Of a stretch of 64,000 nt of DNA, positions 28,596 through 42,171 are shown piece by piece. Numbering within the stretch: the first letter of the stretch is position 1; every line of letters begins with the position of its first letter. The position numbers were made by a program, and so were the translations under genes. Below the pieces are notes generated by a model that was given only the letters and a program-made list of their open reading frames with translations, ran no database searches and was not told where the DNA came from. The DNA comes from Eubacteriales bacterium (lineage in GTDB: Bacteria; Bacillota; Clostridia; Oscillospirales; CAG-272). The stretch is from positions 18,098 through 82,097 of the forward strand of contig JAZRFH010000010.1 of assembly GCA_045661245.1 (NCBI GenBank), read 5' to 3'.

Positions 28596-29593
28596 AAAGA
28601 GTTAAGATTTTAAATAATCCTGTCAGGTTTGTTTCCTACGCATCGGTAGGTGGCTACGAGGAAGGTCGAGGCCCGCTCGGAGAAAAGCTTGACTTTATAG
28701 ACGAGAGTGATAATTTTGGGCAAAGCACATGGGAGCTTGCAGAGGGCGAGATGGGCAGATGCGCTATGAATATAGCTTTAACCAAGGCAGGTATGTCACA
28801 CGAGGCGCTTGGCCTTATAATTGCCGGAGACCTGCAAAACCAGTGTGTGGCAAGCTCTGTTGGGCTTGAGTGCTTCGGTGCGCCCTTTCTCGGTGTATAC
28901 GGAGCGTGCTCTACCTGCACAGAGTCACTCCTGATTCTCGCCTCAATGATGAGCGAGGGTTTTACCGACACGGGCGCAGCTCTTACCACCTCCCACAACT
29001 CTGCCGCGGAGCGACAATTCAGAACACCCGTGGAATACGGCGGTCAGCGCACCCCGTCTGCACAGTGGACGGCAACCGCAGGCGGTGCTTTTATTTTATC
29101 AAGCGAGGTCGGGGCAGGTGCCGAGATATGCGAGGTGATGGCGGGTAAAATTATCGACGGTGCAACAACCGATGCCTCAAACATGGGCGGTGCTATGGCG
29201 TTTGCCGCCGCAGACTCAATTTTAACCTATTTTTCCGACACGGGGTATGACGTGCGCGAGTTTGACCACATTATAACAGGCGACCTCGGTCAAGTGGGCT
29301 CTGATATTTTACGGCATATTCTCAGTGAAAAATTACCCGCCGCCGCGCCGCGCCACCTTGACTGCGGACTGCTGCTTTACGACAGCAATTCAAAGGACGT
29401 ACACGCAGGAGCCTCCGGATGCGGCACGTCTGCCTCTGTGCTTGCGGCACACTTTTTACCAATGCTTGAGCGCGGCGAGCTTAAAAACGTTTTATTTTTA
29501 TCCACGGGTGCACTTATGTCACCGTCAAGTGTACTGCAAGGCAAAACCATAAAGGCCGTAGCTCCGGCTATAAGAATAGTTCACAGGGGGTAA
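28592..29593 (+). CDS. spoVAD: Stage V sporulation protein AD
   Basis: GDLQNQ, YGACST, AERQFR, TGDLG, GALMSP. Confidence 0.96.
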   Translation: MKRVKILNNPVRFVSYASVGGYEEGRGPLGEKLDFIDESDNFGQSTWELAEGEMGRCAMNIALTKAGMSHEALGLIIAGDLQNQCVASSVGLECFGAPFLGVYGACSTCTESLLILASMMSEGFTDTGAALTTSHNSAAERQFRTPVEYGGQRTPSAQWTATAGGAFILSSEVGAGAEICEVMAGKIIDGATTDASNMGGAMAFAAADSILTYFSDTGYDVREFDHIITGDLGQVGSDILRHILSEKLPAAAPRHLDCGLLLYDSNSKDVHAGASGCGTSASVLAAHFLPMLERGELKNVLFLSTGALMSPSSVLQGKTIKAVAPAIRIVHRG

Positions 29594-29596
29594 TTT

Positions 29597-29968
29597 ATGA
29601 ATATCGTATTTTCAATTCTTCTGGCCGCGCTAGGCGGCGGCTTGCTTTGCGTTATTGCACAGCTTTTGCTCGATTTAACCCGTCTTACCCCTGCAAGAAT
29701 ACTCGTCTTATATGTAACGGGCGGAGTTTTACTGTATGCAACGGGCGCTTACGACGCTATGTTCAAGCTTTTCGGCGCAGGTGCGTCCTTGCCTCTTATC
29801 GGCTTTGGTGCCGCAATAGGAAAAGGCGTTAAAGAGGCAATCCTCGAAAAGGGAGCTATCGGTATTATAACCGGCGGTCTTTCTGCCACCGCGGCAGGCA
29901 TTACCGTGGCTCTGGTGCTTGGTCTTGTGGCATCTCTTTTTACAAAGGGCCGCCCAAAGAGAATGTAA
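29597..29968 (+). CDS. spoVAE: Stage V sporulation protein AE(b)
   Basis: GGLLCVIAQLLLD, TPARILV, GAGASLPLIGFG. Confidence 0.93.
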   Translation: MNIVFSILLAALGGGLLCVIAQLLLDLTRLTPARILVLYVTGGVLLYATGAYDAMFKLFGAGASLPLIGFGAAIGKGVKEAILEKGAIGIITGGLSATAAGITVALVLGLVASLFTKGRPKRM

Positions 29969-30024
29969 ACAAAAGTTTTGCTTTGAATATTTAATAGAAA
30001 AGTGCAATTTTCGCGCGCGTGGTA

Positions 30025-30053
30025 TTGATTTTTAAATATTTTTATGTTATACT
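30025..30053 (+). promoter_or_regulatory. SigmaA promoter of dnaA
   Basis: TTGATT-N17-TATACT with extended -10 TG. Confidence 0.65.
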
Positions 30054-30127
30054 ATGTTTAACTATCTATTTATTATGTACGCGCGCAAGCGCATAAACAC
30101 ATCTCACTCTGAAAGGACGGTACAGAT

Positions 30128-31534
30128 ATGGACGAAAAAATGGACGAGCTCTCCAGCATAGTTAAGCTTATGATATCCGCAATTGAAGAAAAGGTAAGCT
30201 CTGTCCCCGCTGTTTTCAACCTTTGGTTTGGCGACCTTAAGCTCGTAAGCTTGAACGAAACCAGCGCGGTATTTACCACCCCGACACAGTTAAGAAAAAA
30301 CATTCTGCTCACACAGTATAAGGATACTATAGAAAAAACGCTTGAAGAAATTATCGGCTTTCACGTAAGCGTTGAGCTTTACTCGGTTGCCGAATATGCA
30401 GGCATTCGTCCGAGTGCGCCCGTGGGTGAAATCACGGACATAGATGCAGACCTTTTAAAGGAAGGCAAGGAAGAGGAAGAAAGAGTTGCGGAGTATCTCA
30501 GCACATCGGCCGACAAGCGCTCGTTGCTTGACGAATACACGTTTGACAACTTTGTTGAGGGCTCGTCTAACAAGTTTGCCCGTGCGGCATGCTATGCGGT
30601 AGCAAACGAGCCGAACACATACAACCCTCTCTTTATATACGGCCACTCGGGCCTTGGTAAAACGCATCTGCTTTATGCGGTAATTCACCATATGAGAAAG
30701 AACCATCCCGAGCTTAAGATTGTATATAAAAAGTGCGAGACCTTTCTTGACGAGCTTATCAAGGCTATAAAGAGCGGCTCGACCGCCCCATTTAAGGAAA
30801 AATACCGTACGGCCGACGTTTTGCTTATAGACGACGTACAGTTCCTTGCGGGTAAGGAGCAGACGCAGGAGGAGTTTTTCCACACCTTCTCGGCTCTTTA
30901 TGAGGCAGACAAGCAGATAATACTTACCTCCGACCGCCCGCCGAAGGAAATCAAGCCGCTCGAGGACAGGCTGAGAACGAGATTTGAGGGTGGCTTGCTT
31001 GCAGACGTACAACCCCCGAGCTTTGAGCTCAGAATTGCCATTATAAAGAAAAAAGCAGACGCGATGGGTCTCTCGATATCAAATGAGCTTATTGAATATA
31101 TGGCGGAAAGACTGCAGAACAACATCCGTCAGATAGAGGGCGTGCTTAAAAAGATTTACGCGCTTTACTCGCTGACAAGCGCAGAGGTAACCCGCGAGAA
31201 AATCGACGACGCAATTTCGATAATCGACCCCGGCAATATTCCGACTGACGCACTTATTGAGCGCATACTTTCGGCTGTCGGCCGCTCGTTCGGTGTATCA
31301 AGCGAGGATATGAAATCCAAGAAGAGAACCGATAATATAGCTTCCTCGCGTCAGGTAGCTATGTACATAATTAAAAAGCTGACCGACCTTACCTTAAAGG
31401 AAATCGGTGCGATATTCAACCGCGACCACGCAACGGTAATTTCCTCTATCGACAAGGTTGAAAACAACATTAAGACGGTCAACAACTACGAAAACGAGAT
31501 TAACAGGCTTATAAAGGAAATTAAGGACAAATAA
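30128..31534 (+). CDS. dnaA: Chromosomal replication initiator DnaA
   Basis: YTFDNFV, YNPLFIYGHSGLGKTHL, LLIDDVQF, QEEFFHTF, domain IV RDHATV. Confidence 0.98.
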   Translation: MDEKMDELSSIVKLMISAIEEKVSSVPAVFNLWFGDLKLVSLNETSAVFTTPTQLRKNILLTQYKDTIEKTLEEIIGFHVSVELYSVAEYAGIRPSAPVGEITDIDADLLKEGKEEEERVAEYLSTSADKRSLLDEYTFDNFVEGSSNKFARAACYAVANEPNTYNPLFIYGHSGLGKTHLLYAVIHHMRKNHPELKIVYKKCETFLDELIKAIKSGSTAPFKEKYRTADVLLIDDVQFLAGKEQTQEEFFHTFSALYEADKQIILTSDRPPKEIKPLEDRLRTRFEGGLLADVQPPSFELRIAIIKKKADAMGLSISNELIEYMAERLQNNIRQIEGVLKKIYALYSLTSAEVTREKIDDAISIIDPGNIPTDALIERILSAVGRSFGVSSEDMKSKKRTDNIASSRQVAMYIIKKLTDLTLKEIGAIFNRDHATVISSIDKVENNIKTVNNYENEINRLIKEIKDK

Positions 31535-31762
31535 TTCTCAACATTTCGGTGTTTAAAAGACCCGATTTTGCCTGTTTGTTAAATGTTGGAAGAGTGTTTG
31601 TAACGTTGTTGATTTAAGACAACAGAGTCCTAACAGATTTCGGCAGAGAGGGTTGTTGAAAAAGATTGGCAAAAAGCCTTGAATATCAAGACAATTTCAG
31701 ATTGTCAACAATTTCAACAGCACTAACACAACTGCCACAACCCAATAATAAATAATTTATTT
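31535..31762. other. oriC (dnaA-dnaN intergenic) with variant DnaA boxes and AT-rich unwinding region
   Basis: Boxes TTCTCAACA 31535, TGTTGGAAG 31584, TGTTGATTT 31607, TGTTGAAAA 31654, tandem TTGTCAACA/ATTTCAACA 31702-31719, then an A/C-rich triplet run and an AT-rich tract. Confidence 0.8.
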
Positions 31763-31811
31763 ATCCGCCCTTCGGGCAAAGCAATCAGAAGAAAGGTAAC
31801 GAGAGATAGCT

Positions 31812-32972
31812 ATGAAATTCACAGTACAAAAATCCGAGTTTATGAAGGTTTTAACCCCTGCTATGGGAACGGTTTCAAATAAAAATACAATTACGTCAAT
31901 CGAGGGTGTTCTTATAGAAACGCTTGAGTCGGGGCTTATACAAATATCCACGTACGATATGAACAAGGGCTTCAGAGCAACGGTCGAGCCTGTAAGCATT
32001 GAGCGCGACGGAAGATTTATTATCAACGCTCAAAGGCTTTACCAGACAGTAAGAGTTTTGCCTGACGACGAGATTACCTTTGACATTGACGACAGACTCT
32101 CCTGCGAGATTTCCTGCGGTAAGGCATCATTCTCTATGTTCGCTCTTCGCGGTGCTGACTTCCCGAATTTACCCGAGCTTGTTACCGAGCGCGGATTTAC
32201 GATTTCGGCAGACTCACTGCGTAAAATGATTTCAAAGGTTACTCATTCCATCGCTGAGGCTGATACGCGCCCTATGCTTTGCGGTGCGTTTATGAAGGTT
32301 ACCGAGGGGGGGCTTGAGGTAGTATCGTGCGACAGCTACAGGCTTTCAAGATGCCGTATGGCATGTGATATAGGTGCGCTCGGAGCTGACAGTGAGCTTG
32401 AATACTCATTTATCGTGCCCGGCCACGCACTTGGCGAGCTTAACAAGATTCTTGCAGATGCAGACGAGGAAAGCTGCAGATTCTATCTTTCAAGAAAGCA
32501 CGCTATAGTAAATAAAGGAAACGTTATATTCTTTACAAGACTTATAGACAGTGAATATATTGATTACAACAGAATTATCCCGCGCGACAACGATATACAT
32601 ATCACGGTTGACAGAGAAAGATTGCTTTCAGGCCTTGAGCGCGCGAACATTATCGCAGAGGAAAAGATACAGGGCAGCGGCAGAAGCTACGTTAAGCTTT
32701 CGGTAGAGGGGCATTATCTCAATCTCACTTCAACCTCTGTAAACGGCGGTGTTACCGACGAGATGGACTGTGTACACGATGGCGGAGATATTGATATAGG
32801 CTTTAATTGCCGTTATCTTATAGATGCTGTAAAAGCGGCAGAGGGCGAGGAAATACTCATTAAGCTAAAGAGCGCAAACCAGGCTATAACTATCGAGGCT
32901 AAGGAGCGCGACGAGAAATTTGATTACTTCTATATGATTTTGCCCGTAAGAATGAACGACGCGGAAAGATAA
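31812..32972 (+). CDS. dnaN: DNA polymerase III beta clamp
   Basis: Follows dnaA; SCDSYRLS, IGFNCRYL, MILPVR. Confidence 0.97.
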   Translation: MKFTVQKSEFMKVLTPAMGTVSNKNTITSIEGVLIETLESGLIQISTYDMNKGFRATVEPVSIERDGRFIINAQRLYQTVRVLPDDEITFDIDDRLSCEISCGKASFSMFALRGADFPNLPELVTERGFTISADSLRKMISKVTHSIAEADTRPMLCGAFMKVTEGGLEVVSCDSYRLSRCRMACDIGALGADSELEYSFIVPGHALGELNKILADADEESCRFYLSRKHAIVNKGNVIFFTRLIDSEYIDYNRIIPRDNDIHITVDRERLLSGLERANIIAEEKIQGSGRSYVKLSVEGHYLNLTSTSVNGGVTDEMDCVHDGGDIDIGFNCRYLIDAVKAAEGEEILIKLKSANQAITIEAKERDEKFDYFYMILPVRMNDAER

Positions 32973-34062
32973 ATGAAATTAAAAAGATTTACCGCTGAGG
33001 GCTACAGAAACATTGAAGGATGCGACATAGGCTTTGATAGCGGAGTAAACCTATTTATCGGTGACAATGCAGAGGGTAAAACGAACGTTGTTGAGGGGAT
33101 ATATCTTTTCTCGCGCGGGCGCTCCTTCCGCTCGTCTGACGATAAGGAGCTTGTAGGCTTTGGCAAAGAGGGGTTTCGCATATCCATCGAATACGAGGAC
33201 AAGGACGGCACAAATACGCTTGAATATGCTCTCTTTGGAAAAGCGAGAACAAGAAAAAAGAACGGATATAAGCTCACAGGCGTCAGCGAAATGCTGGGCA
33301 ACTTCCGTGCGGTGCTGTTCTTCCCTGACGACTTAAGGCTTGTAAAGGGAGAGCCTGAGGAAAGACGAGCTTTTCTCAACGTTGCGGTATCGCACTGCAG
33401 GCCGACCTACCTCTCTGATTATAAGCGCTTTAAAAGCGCTCTTGAAAACCGCAATGCGATATTAAAAAACGCATCACGCGGCTTGTATTATGACGAGGGC
33501 GAGCTTATTGCGTGGAGTGAGGCTATGGCGGAATATTCTGCCGAGATAAATCTTGCACGCAGAGAATATATTGCCTTGCTTGAAAAATATGCCTGTGAGC
33601 ATATTTCGCTACTTTCGGACAGCAAGGAAAGACTTAAGCTTACCTATAAATCGGATATTAAGGAAGATTGCACCGATAAGGCTGAGATAAAAGAAGAATA
33701 CAAAAGAGTTTATACCGTGGGCCTTGAAAAAGAAAAGATTGTCGGTACGTCGCTTTACGGCCCGCACAGGGACGACCTTTTAATCGAGCTTAACGGAAGT
33801 GCCGCGCGCAGCTTTGCTTCACAAGGTCAGCAGAGGTCAATAGTGCTTAGCCTTAAGCTTGCAGAGGGCGAGGTTATACGCGAGATACACGGCGAATACC
33901 CGGTATTTCTCTTTGACGACGTGCTAAGCGAGCTTGACGAGGGGCGGCGCGCGTACGTTGCGGGTAAGATTAAGAAAATGCAGACGGTTATCACTTCGTG
34001 CGAGGATATAGACGGTCTGTCAGGAGAGGACGCAAACGTTATTCTTGTAAAAGGAGGCAATT

Positions 34063-34082
<20 letters not shown>
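32973..34082 (+). CDS. recF: DNA replication/repair protein RecF
   Basis: GDNAEGKTN, GPHRDD, SQGQQR, DDVLSELD. Confidence 0.97.
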
Positions 34083-36284
<2,202 letters not shown>

Positions 36285-36294
36285 GAGGTAGAAA

Positions 36295-38874
36295 ATGGAG
36301 CATAACTATAAAAGCACGGATATAGAATTTCCGAATCAGAAAATTGAATACAGAGATATGGAAAAAGAGGTAAAGACCTCGTTTATAGAGTATTCTATGA
36401 GCGTTATTACCTCTCGTGCCCTGCCCGACGTGCGTGACGGCTTAAAGCCGGGACAAAGAAGAATTCTTTACGCTATGTACGAGGATAATCTTACGCACGA
36501 CAAGCCCTTTAGAAAATCGGCTACAACCGTTGGTAACGTGCTTGGTAGATACCATCCGCACGGTGACGCCGCGGTATATCAGTCAATGGTAAGAATGGCG
36601 CAGGATTTCTCTCTTCGCTATACGCTTGTTGAGGGTCACGGTAACTTCGGTAACGTAGACGGCGACGGTGCTGCTGCATACCGTTATACCGAGGCGAGAA
36701 TGTCAAGGATTGCATCGCATATGATGAGCGACATTGAGAAAAAGGTCGTTCCTATGACGAGAAACTTTGACAATACGAGAGATGAGCCGACTGTTTTGCC
36801 CTCGCGTTTCCCCAACCTGCTTGTAAATGGCTCTGTAGGTATCGCTGTCGGAATGGCGACGAATATACCGCCCCACAACCTTACCGAGGTTATTGACGGC
36901 ACCATTTACAGAATGGAGAACCCTGAGTGCTCGGTTGACGAGCTTATGGAGTTTATAAAGGGCCCGGACTTCCCGACCTCTGCAATTATATACGGCTCAC
37001 GCGGTATAAGAGAGGCTTACGAAACGGGCAGAGGCCGTGTATACGTAAGAGCAAGAGCTACAATCGAGGACGAAAAGCGAAGAATTATCTTTACCGAGAT
37101 TCCTTATATGGTAAACAAGGCTATGCTTATAGAGAGCATGGCAAACCTCGTAAAGGATAAGAAAATTGAGGGCATCACTGCCCTGCGCGACGAGTCCGGA
37201 CGCGGCGGTATGAGAATCGTTGTTGAGTACAGGCGCGACGCTAACGCAGAGGTAATACTCAATCAGCTTTACAAGTATACGCAGCTGCAGGACACGTGCT
37301 CTGTAAATATGCTTGTAATAGACGGCGGCGAGCCTAAGACTCTCTCACTCCCTGCGATACTTGACAAGTACATTGAGTTCCAGAAGAGTGTAATTACCAA
37401 CAGAGTAAGATTTGACCTTGACAAGGCCCTGCGTGAGATGCACATTCTTGAGGGCTACAAGACGGCAATTGATAATATCGACGAGGTAATTTCCATAATC
37501 AAAACGAGTGAGTCTATACCTAACGCTAAGGATAGACTTATCGAGAGATACGGTCTGTCAGAAACTCAGGCTCAGGCTATTGTGGAAATGACGCTTGGTA
37601 AGCTCTCCGGCCTTGAGAGAAAGAAGGTTGAGGACAGAATTGCCAAGCTTACCGAGCTTGTTATAGAGTACAGGGGTATACTTGCTGACGAGGGCAAGGT
37701 TATTGAAATAATCAAAAACGAGCTTACCGACATTAAAAATCGCTTTGGTGACGAAAGACGCACTGAGCTTGTTGAGGCAACTGAGGAAATTGACCTTGAG
37801 GACCTTATCGAAAGACATACATGCGTAATTACAGTAAGCCACGCAGGCTACATCAAGAGGCAGAGAGCTGACGTTTACTCTGCACAGAACAGAGGCGGTA
37901 AGGGCATTATCGGTATGACGACCAAGGAAGACGATTTCGTTGAGGACGTTATCGTTTCAAACAGCCACGCACATCTTATGTTCTTTACAAATAAGGGTAG
38001 AGTTTACTCTAAGAAGGCTTACAGAATCCCCGAGGCATCAAGACAGGCAAAGGGAACGAACCTTGTAAACATTATCGAGCTCTCGGAAGGTGAATACGTA
38101 ACTGCTATCATTCCTATCACCGAGTTTAAAGAGGGTGAGTATCTTACTATGGTAACCAAGAGAGGCGTTACCAAGAGAACTCTGCTTGAAGACTTTGAGT
38201 ATCAGAGAAGAGGCGGTAAGATTGCAATAAATCTTGACGAAGACGACGAGCTTATATTCGTACGCCACACAACCGGCAACGAGAGTCTTATTATCGCAAC
38301 CAGAAACGGTATGGCGGTAAGATTTGACGAGAATAACGTAAGAGCTATGGGCAGAGCGGCGCGCGGTGTGCGCGGAATTACGCTTGATACTGACGACTAC
38401 GTAGTAGGAGTTGCTTTGGTTGACGACACAAAAGCACTTCTTACCGTTACCGAGGGTGGTATGGGTAAGAGAACATCGTTTGAGGACTTCAGACAAATGA
38501 AGCACCGCGGTGGTAAGGGTGTTGCGTGCCATAAGATTACCGATAAGAGCGGAAAGCTTTCCTCTATCGTAACGGTCAGTGAGGACGACGATATTATGCT
38601 GATAACCAACGAGGGTACTATTATACGTACCTCTGTTTCGGGTATCAACATTTATTCAAGAACTGCTACGGGTGTTATCATAATGCGTTTGTCTGAGGGT
38701 AGCTCCATAAACAACGTAGCAAGACTTGATAAGGCCGAAGACATTGAAAAGGAAAGTGCCGAGGTTGAGTCTGAGATTGCAAAGGATGCAACAAATAATG
38801 CACCGAATACAGCTCCCGAATTTAATACAGAAGAGCCTGTAAAAGAGGACTTGGCTGAGGACGGAGAGGTATGA
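36295..38874 (+). CDS. gyrA: DNA gyrase subunit A
   Basis: [25 protein letters not shown], GyrA-box QNRGGKG. Confidence 0.98.
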   Translation: MEHNYKSTDIEFPNQKIEYRDMEKEVKTSFIEYSMSVITSRALPDVRDGLKPGQRRILYAMYEDNLTHDKPFRKSATTVGNVLGRYHPHGDAAVYQSMVRMAQDFSLRYTLVEGHGNFGNVDGDGAAAYRYTEARMSRIASHMMSDIEKKVVPMTRNFDNTRDEPTVLPSRFPNLLVNGSVGIAVGMATNIPPHNLTEVIDGTIYRMENPECSVDELMEFIKGPDFPTSAIIYGSRGIREAYETGRGRVYVRARATIEDEKRRIIFTEIPYMVNKAMLIESMANLVKDKKIEGITALRDESGRGGMRIVVEYRRDANAEVILNQLYKYTQLQDTCSVNMLVIDGGEPKTLSLPAILDKYIEFQKSVITNRVRFDLDKALREMHILEGYKTAIDNIDEVISIIKTSESIPNAKDRLIERYGLSETQAQAIVEMTLGKLSGLERKKVEDRIAKLTELVIEYRGILADEGKVIEIIKNELTDIKNRFGDERRTELVEATEEIDLEDLIERHTCVITVSHAGYIKRQRADVYSAQNRGGKGIIGMTTKEDDFVEDVIVSNSHAHLMFFTNKGRVYSKKAYRIPEASRQAKGTNLVNIIELSEGEYVTAIIPITEFKEGEYLTMVTKRGVTKRTLLEDFEYQRRGGKIAINLDEDDELIFVRHTTGNESLIIATRNGMAVRFDENNVRAMGRAARGVRGITLDTDDYVVGVALVDDTKALLTVTEGGMGKRTSFEDFRQMKHRGGKGVACHKITDKSGKLSSIVTVSEDDDIMLITNEGTIIRTSVSGINIYSRTATGVIIMRLSEGSSINNVARLDKAEDIEKESAEVESEIAKDATNNAPNTAPEFNTEEPVKEDLAEDGEV

Positions 38875-39539
38875 GGCGTTCGTTAAAACGGTTTATCTGT
38901 TTACTATTAACAGCACTTGTTATACTATCCCTCGCCTCTTGTAACAGAAGCTATGACGAGGACGAGGTGATAGCAAGTGCAAAGGCTCTTTTGAAGAAGG
39001 CCGAGGTGCTAAACGAGATATATTACGGGAGCGGTATTCAGTATACTACCTCGGGATATATTGACGGGTACTATTATGAGGCAGACCCGATACACCTTAA
39101 CAGTCTTGGATTTAAAACTGTCGAGGAGCTGAAAAACAAAACTCTTGAGGTGTTTACGTACGGATACGCCGAGCAGATATTTGCAACAAAGCTTTCTGCG
39201 ATAGAGGACGAAACAGGCGTTCAGCAAATGACACGGTATTATCAGAGGTATGACGGTCCAAACGTGCTTGCACCTATATGCATTATGGTGTATTCTAAGG
39301 CACCTGTTCTCTTTAAAGACGAAATAGTTTATGATTACGGTTCCCTTCGCGTTATAGGTTCAAAGAAGCAGACGGTACTTGTTGAGATAGATGCGACCGT
39401 AACAAACGAAGAGGGAAAAAGTCAAACTATCACTGTAAATTTGGACCTTATTGAAGAGGACGATGGCTGGAGAATTGATAATCCCTGCTATGCCAACTAT
39501 AATGACAGTGTAGATAAATATAACGAGCTTGATAAATAA
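38871..39539 (+). CDS. Putative lipoprotein
   Basis: Signal peptide with lipobox LASC. Confidence 0.75.
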   Translation: MRRSLKRFICLLLTALVILSLASCNRSYDEDEVIASAKALLKKAEVLNEIYYGSGIQYTTSGYIDGYYYEADPIHLNSLGFKTVEELKNKTLEVFTYGYAEQIFATKLSAIEDETGVQQMTRYYQRYDGPNVLAPICIMVYSKAPVLFKDEIVYDYGSLRVIGSKKQTVLVEIDATVTNEEGKSQTITVNLDLIEEDDGWRIDNPCYANYNDSVDKYNELDK

Positions 39540-39561
39540 AATTTAAAAAGGAGATAAAGAT

Positions 39562-39981
39562 ATGACTTTTAAGGAAAAACTCGTAAAACTCAGAAAGCTG
39601 AAGGGTATTACACAGGACGAATTTGCAAGCGCCGTAGGAGTATCTCGCCAGGCGGTTTATAAATGGGAGTCGGGACAGTCATATCCCGAGGTATCAAAGC
39701 TTCTTGAAATCAAGGCACTATTTAACATCAGCATAGACGACCTTCTTGACGACAGCTATGAGGTAGTTTTGCCCGAGAAGAGCAAGAAAAAGCTTTCAGC
39801 AGCACGCCGCCGTGCAATTGAAGAGGCTGTAGAGAATGAAGAGGCAAGGGCTAACGATGCGCCTATGGTTGAGGCTGAGCCCGCTATCACATCGGCAGAC
39901 CCTATACCTGAGGCAGTAGTAGCTGAGGATAAGGCAGAGCCCCAGAAACGAGGATTCTTCTCAAGAATTTTTGGCAGATAA
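39562..39981 (+). CDS. XRE-family HTH protein with C-terminal amphipathic helix
   Basis: LRKLKGITQDEFASAVGVSRQAVYKWESG; ends KRGFFSRIFGR. Confidence 0.88.
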   Translation: MTFKEKLVKLRKLKGITQDEFASAVGVSRQAVYKWESGQSYPEVSKLLEIKALFNISIDDLLDDSYEVVLPEKSKKKLSAARRRAIEEAVENEEARANDAPMVEAEPAITSADPIPEAVVAEDKAEPQKRGFFSRIFGR

Positions 39982-40108
39982 CCTTTTGATTTATGTTTGT
40001 GGGTGAGAGCTTTGGTCGAAACGTAAGACATACTCTCACCCAATTTTACTTTAGTGGAATAAACGTAGATAGCTTTGACAATAATTCCCTTAAAAAAGGG
40101 GGTATAAA

Positions 40109-40390
40109 ATGCTTCGAGGCTGTCAGAAAAAAATCGTATTTTTAAAAAATACGGGTAGTAAAATCTTTGACGAGGCATATTTTGTAATAAGCGATAAGGA
40201 GAGCGCATATGCCCCGCCCGACCTGATTGCTGAAGCAAACAGGATAATTGAAGAGAACGTTTTGTCGGAGGAAAAAGCTGAGCGCGGCTCGCGTGTAAGA
40301 AAAATATTGAAAAACAGGATAGTTGTTTTTTTACTCGGTGCCTTATTCTCCGGAATTTTAGCTATGATAACAGTATTATTTATTAAATAA
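40109..40390 (+). CDS. Small hypothetical protein with C-terminal TM
   Basis: RBS GGGGG; MLRGCQKKIVFLKNTGSKIFDEAYFV. Confidence 0.7.
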   Translation: MLRGCQKKIVFLKNTGSKIFDEAYFVISDKESAYAPPDLIAEANRIIEENVLSEEKAERGSRVRKILKNRIVVFLLGALFSGILAMITVLFIK

Positions 40391-40479
40391 CATTGAAAGG
40401 AATAAGTCTTAATTTTGTTAACAATAGTGGTCAAAAAATATTATAGACCCACAGGCGTGTTAAGACTTTGCAATAGATT

Positions 40480-42171
40480 ATGCAAAAAAAAGAAAAGGGA
40501 AAGCCAAGACTGAAAACACCTCTTCGTGTAATGTGCCTTGGCGGTCTTGGTGAAATAGGCAAAAATATGACCGTGCTTGAGTACGGCGACGACATAATAA
40601 TTATTGACTGCGGAATGGGATTTCCCGACGAAGATATGCCGGGCGTTGACTTAGTAATACCCGACGTTAGTTATCTTGTGGCGAATGCACATAAAATAAA
40701 GGGTTTGCTTATTACTCACGGCCACGAGGACCATATCGGAGCTGTGCCGTATATTTTAAGACAAATTAACGTACCGATTTACGGAACGAGGTTATCTCTT
40801 GGCATTATTGAAGGCAAGCTTGACGAGCACCCCCTGCCAGAAGAACCCGAGCTTTATACAGTTGAGGCAGGTGACGTTGTAAATCTGGGCGTTTTTAAGG
40901 CAGAATTTATACACGTTAATCACTCTATAGCAGATGCCTGCGCGATAGCGGTAAGGACGCCCATAGGTATCGTTTATCACTCAGGTGACTTTAAGCTTGA
41001 CGTTTCACCGATAGACGGTAATATGATGGACCTTGTGAGAATCGGAGAGCTTGGGCGTGAGGGAGTTACACTTTTGCTTTGTGAGTCCACAAACGCAGAG
41101 CGCCCGGGATTCACCCCATCTGAGAGAACAGTCGGCTCCTCACTCGAAAGAATATTTCAGCAGTATGAGAATAAAAGGCTGATTATCGCAACCTTCTCGT
41201 CAAACGTTCACAGAGTTCAGCAAATAATCAACGCGAGCGCAAATCACTCAAGAAAGGTTGCCGTTCTTGGCAGAAGTATGGTAAACGTTATAGGCGCTGC
41301 GGCAGAGCTTGGATATATGGATTTGCCCGACGGCGTGCTTATTGACGTTAACGAGATAAAAAAATACAAGCCCGAGCAAATTACTCTTATCACTACGGGC
41401 AGCCAGGGTGAGCCGATGTCGGCGCTTTACAGGATTGCTTTTTCTGAGCACGACAGAGTTAAACTTACCCCAAACGACGTTGTAGTTCTTTCTTCAAGCG
41501 CAATTCCTGGTAATGAAAAGCTTGTAGGTAAGATAATAAACGCACTTATCAAATCGGGGGTTAAGGTAGTAAACGATTCGACAGAGGATGTGCACGTTTC
41601 GGGTCACGCATGCTCTGAGGAAATCAAGCTTTTGATGGCACTATTAAAGCCTAAGTTTTTAATGCCTATACACGGTGAGTCACGTCACCTATACGCGTGC
41701 CGTGAGATAGGTGAATATATGGGTATATCTGCAGAAAACATTCACATCGGGGAGATAGGCCGAGTGCTTGAGGTAGATAAAAAGTCGGCTAAATTCACAT
41801 CTCTCGTGCCTTCCGGAAAGGTGCTTGTTGACGGAGCAGGAGTTGGTGACATTGGCAGTGTTGTTTTGAGGGATAGAAAGCATCTCGCAGAAGACGGACT
41901 TGTGGTTGTTGTAGCAACGGTAGATACTGATGCAAGACTTATAGTTTCAGGCCCCGATATAGTATCTCGCGGATTCGTTTACGTAAAGGAGAGTGAGGAG
42001 CTTATGCAGAGAGTTAAAAAGGTAGCCGAGCAATCCATAGAAAGACTGATTTCAAAGAGAGTCAGCGAATGGGCACAGATAAAGGGTGTAATCAAGGACG
42101 ACCTTGCGAAGTTTATATTTAAGGAAACAAAGCGCAAGCCCATGATTTTGCCGGTTATAATGGATATGTAA
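40480..42171 (+). CDS. rnj: Ribonuclease J
   Basis: GGLGEIGKN, THGHEDHIG, GSQGEP, HVSGH. Confidence 0.97.
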   Translation: MQKKEKGKPRLKTPLRVMCLGGLGEIGKNMTVLEYGDDIIIIDCGMGFPDEDMPGVDLVIPDVSYLVANAHKIKGLLITHGHEDHIGAVPYILRQINVPIYGTRLSLGIIEGKLDEHPLPEEPELYTVEAGDVVNLGVFKAEFIHVNHSIADACAIAVRTPIGIVYHSGDFKLDVSPIDGNMMDLVRIGELGREGVTLLLCESTNAERPGFTPSERTVGSSLERIFQQYENKRLIIATFSSNVHRVQQIINASANHSRKVAVLGRSMVNVIGAAAELGYMDLPDGVLIDVNEIKKYKPEQITLITTGSQGEPMSALYRIAFSEHDRVKLTPNDVVVLSSSAIPGNEKLVGKIINALIKSGVKVVNDSTEDVHVSGHACSEEIKLLMALLKPKFLMPIHGESRHLYACREIGEYMGISAENIHIGEIGRVLEVDKKSAKFTSLVPSGKVLVDGAGVGDIGSVVLRDRKHLAEDGLVVVVATVDTDARLIVSGPDIVSRGFVYVKESEELMQRVKKVAEQSIERLISKRVSEWAQIKGVIKDDLAKFIFKETKRKPMILPVIMDM

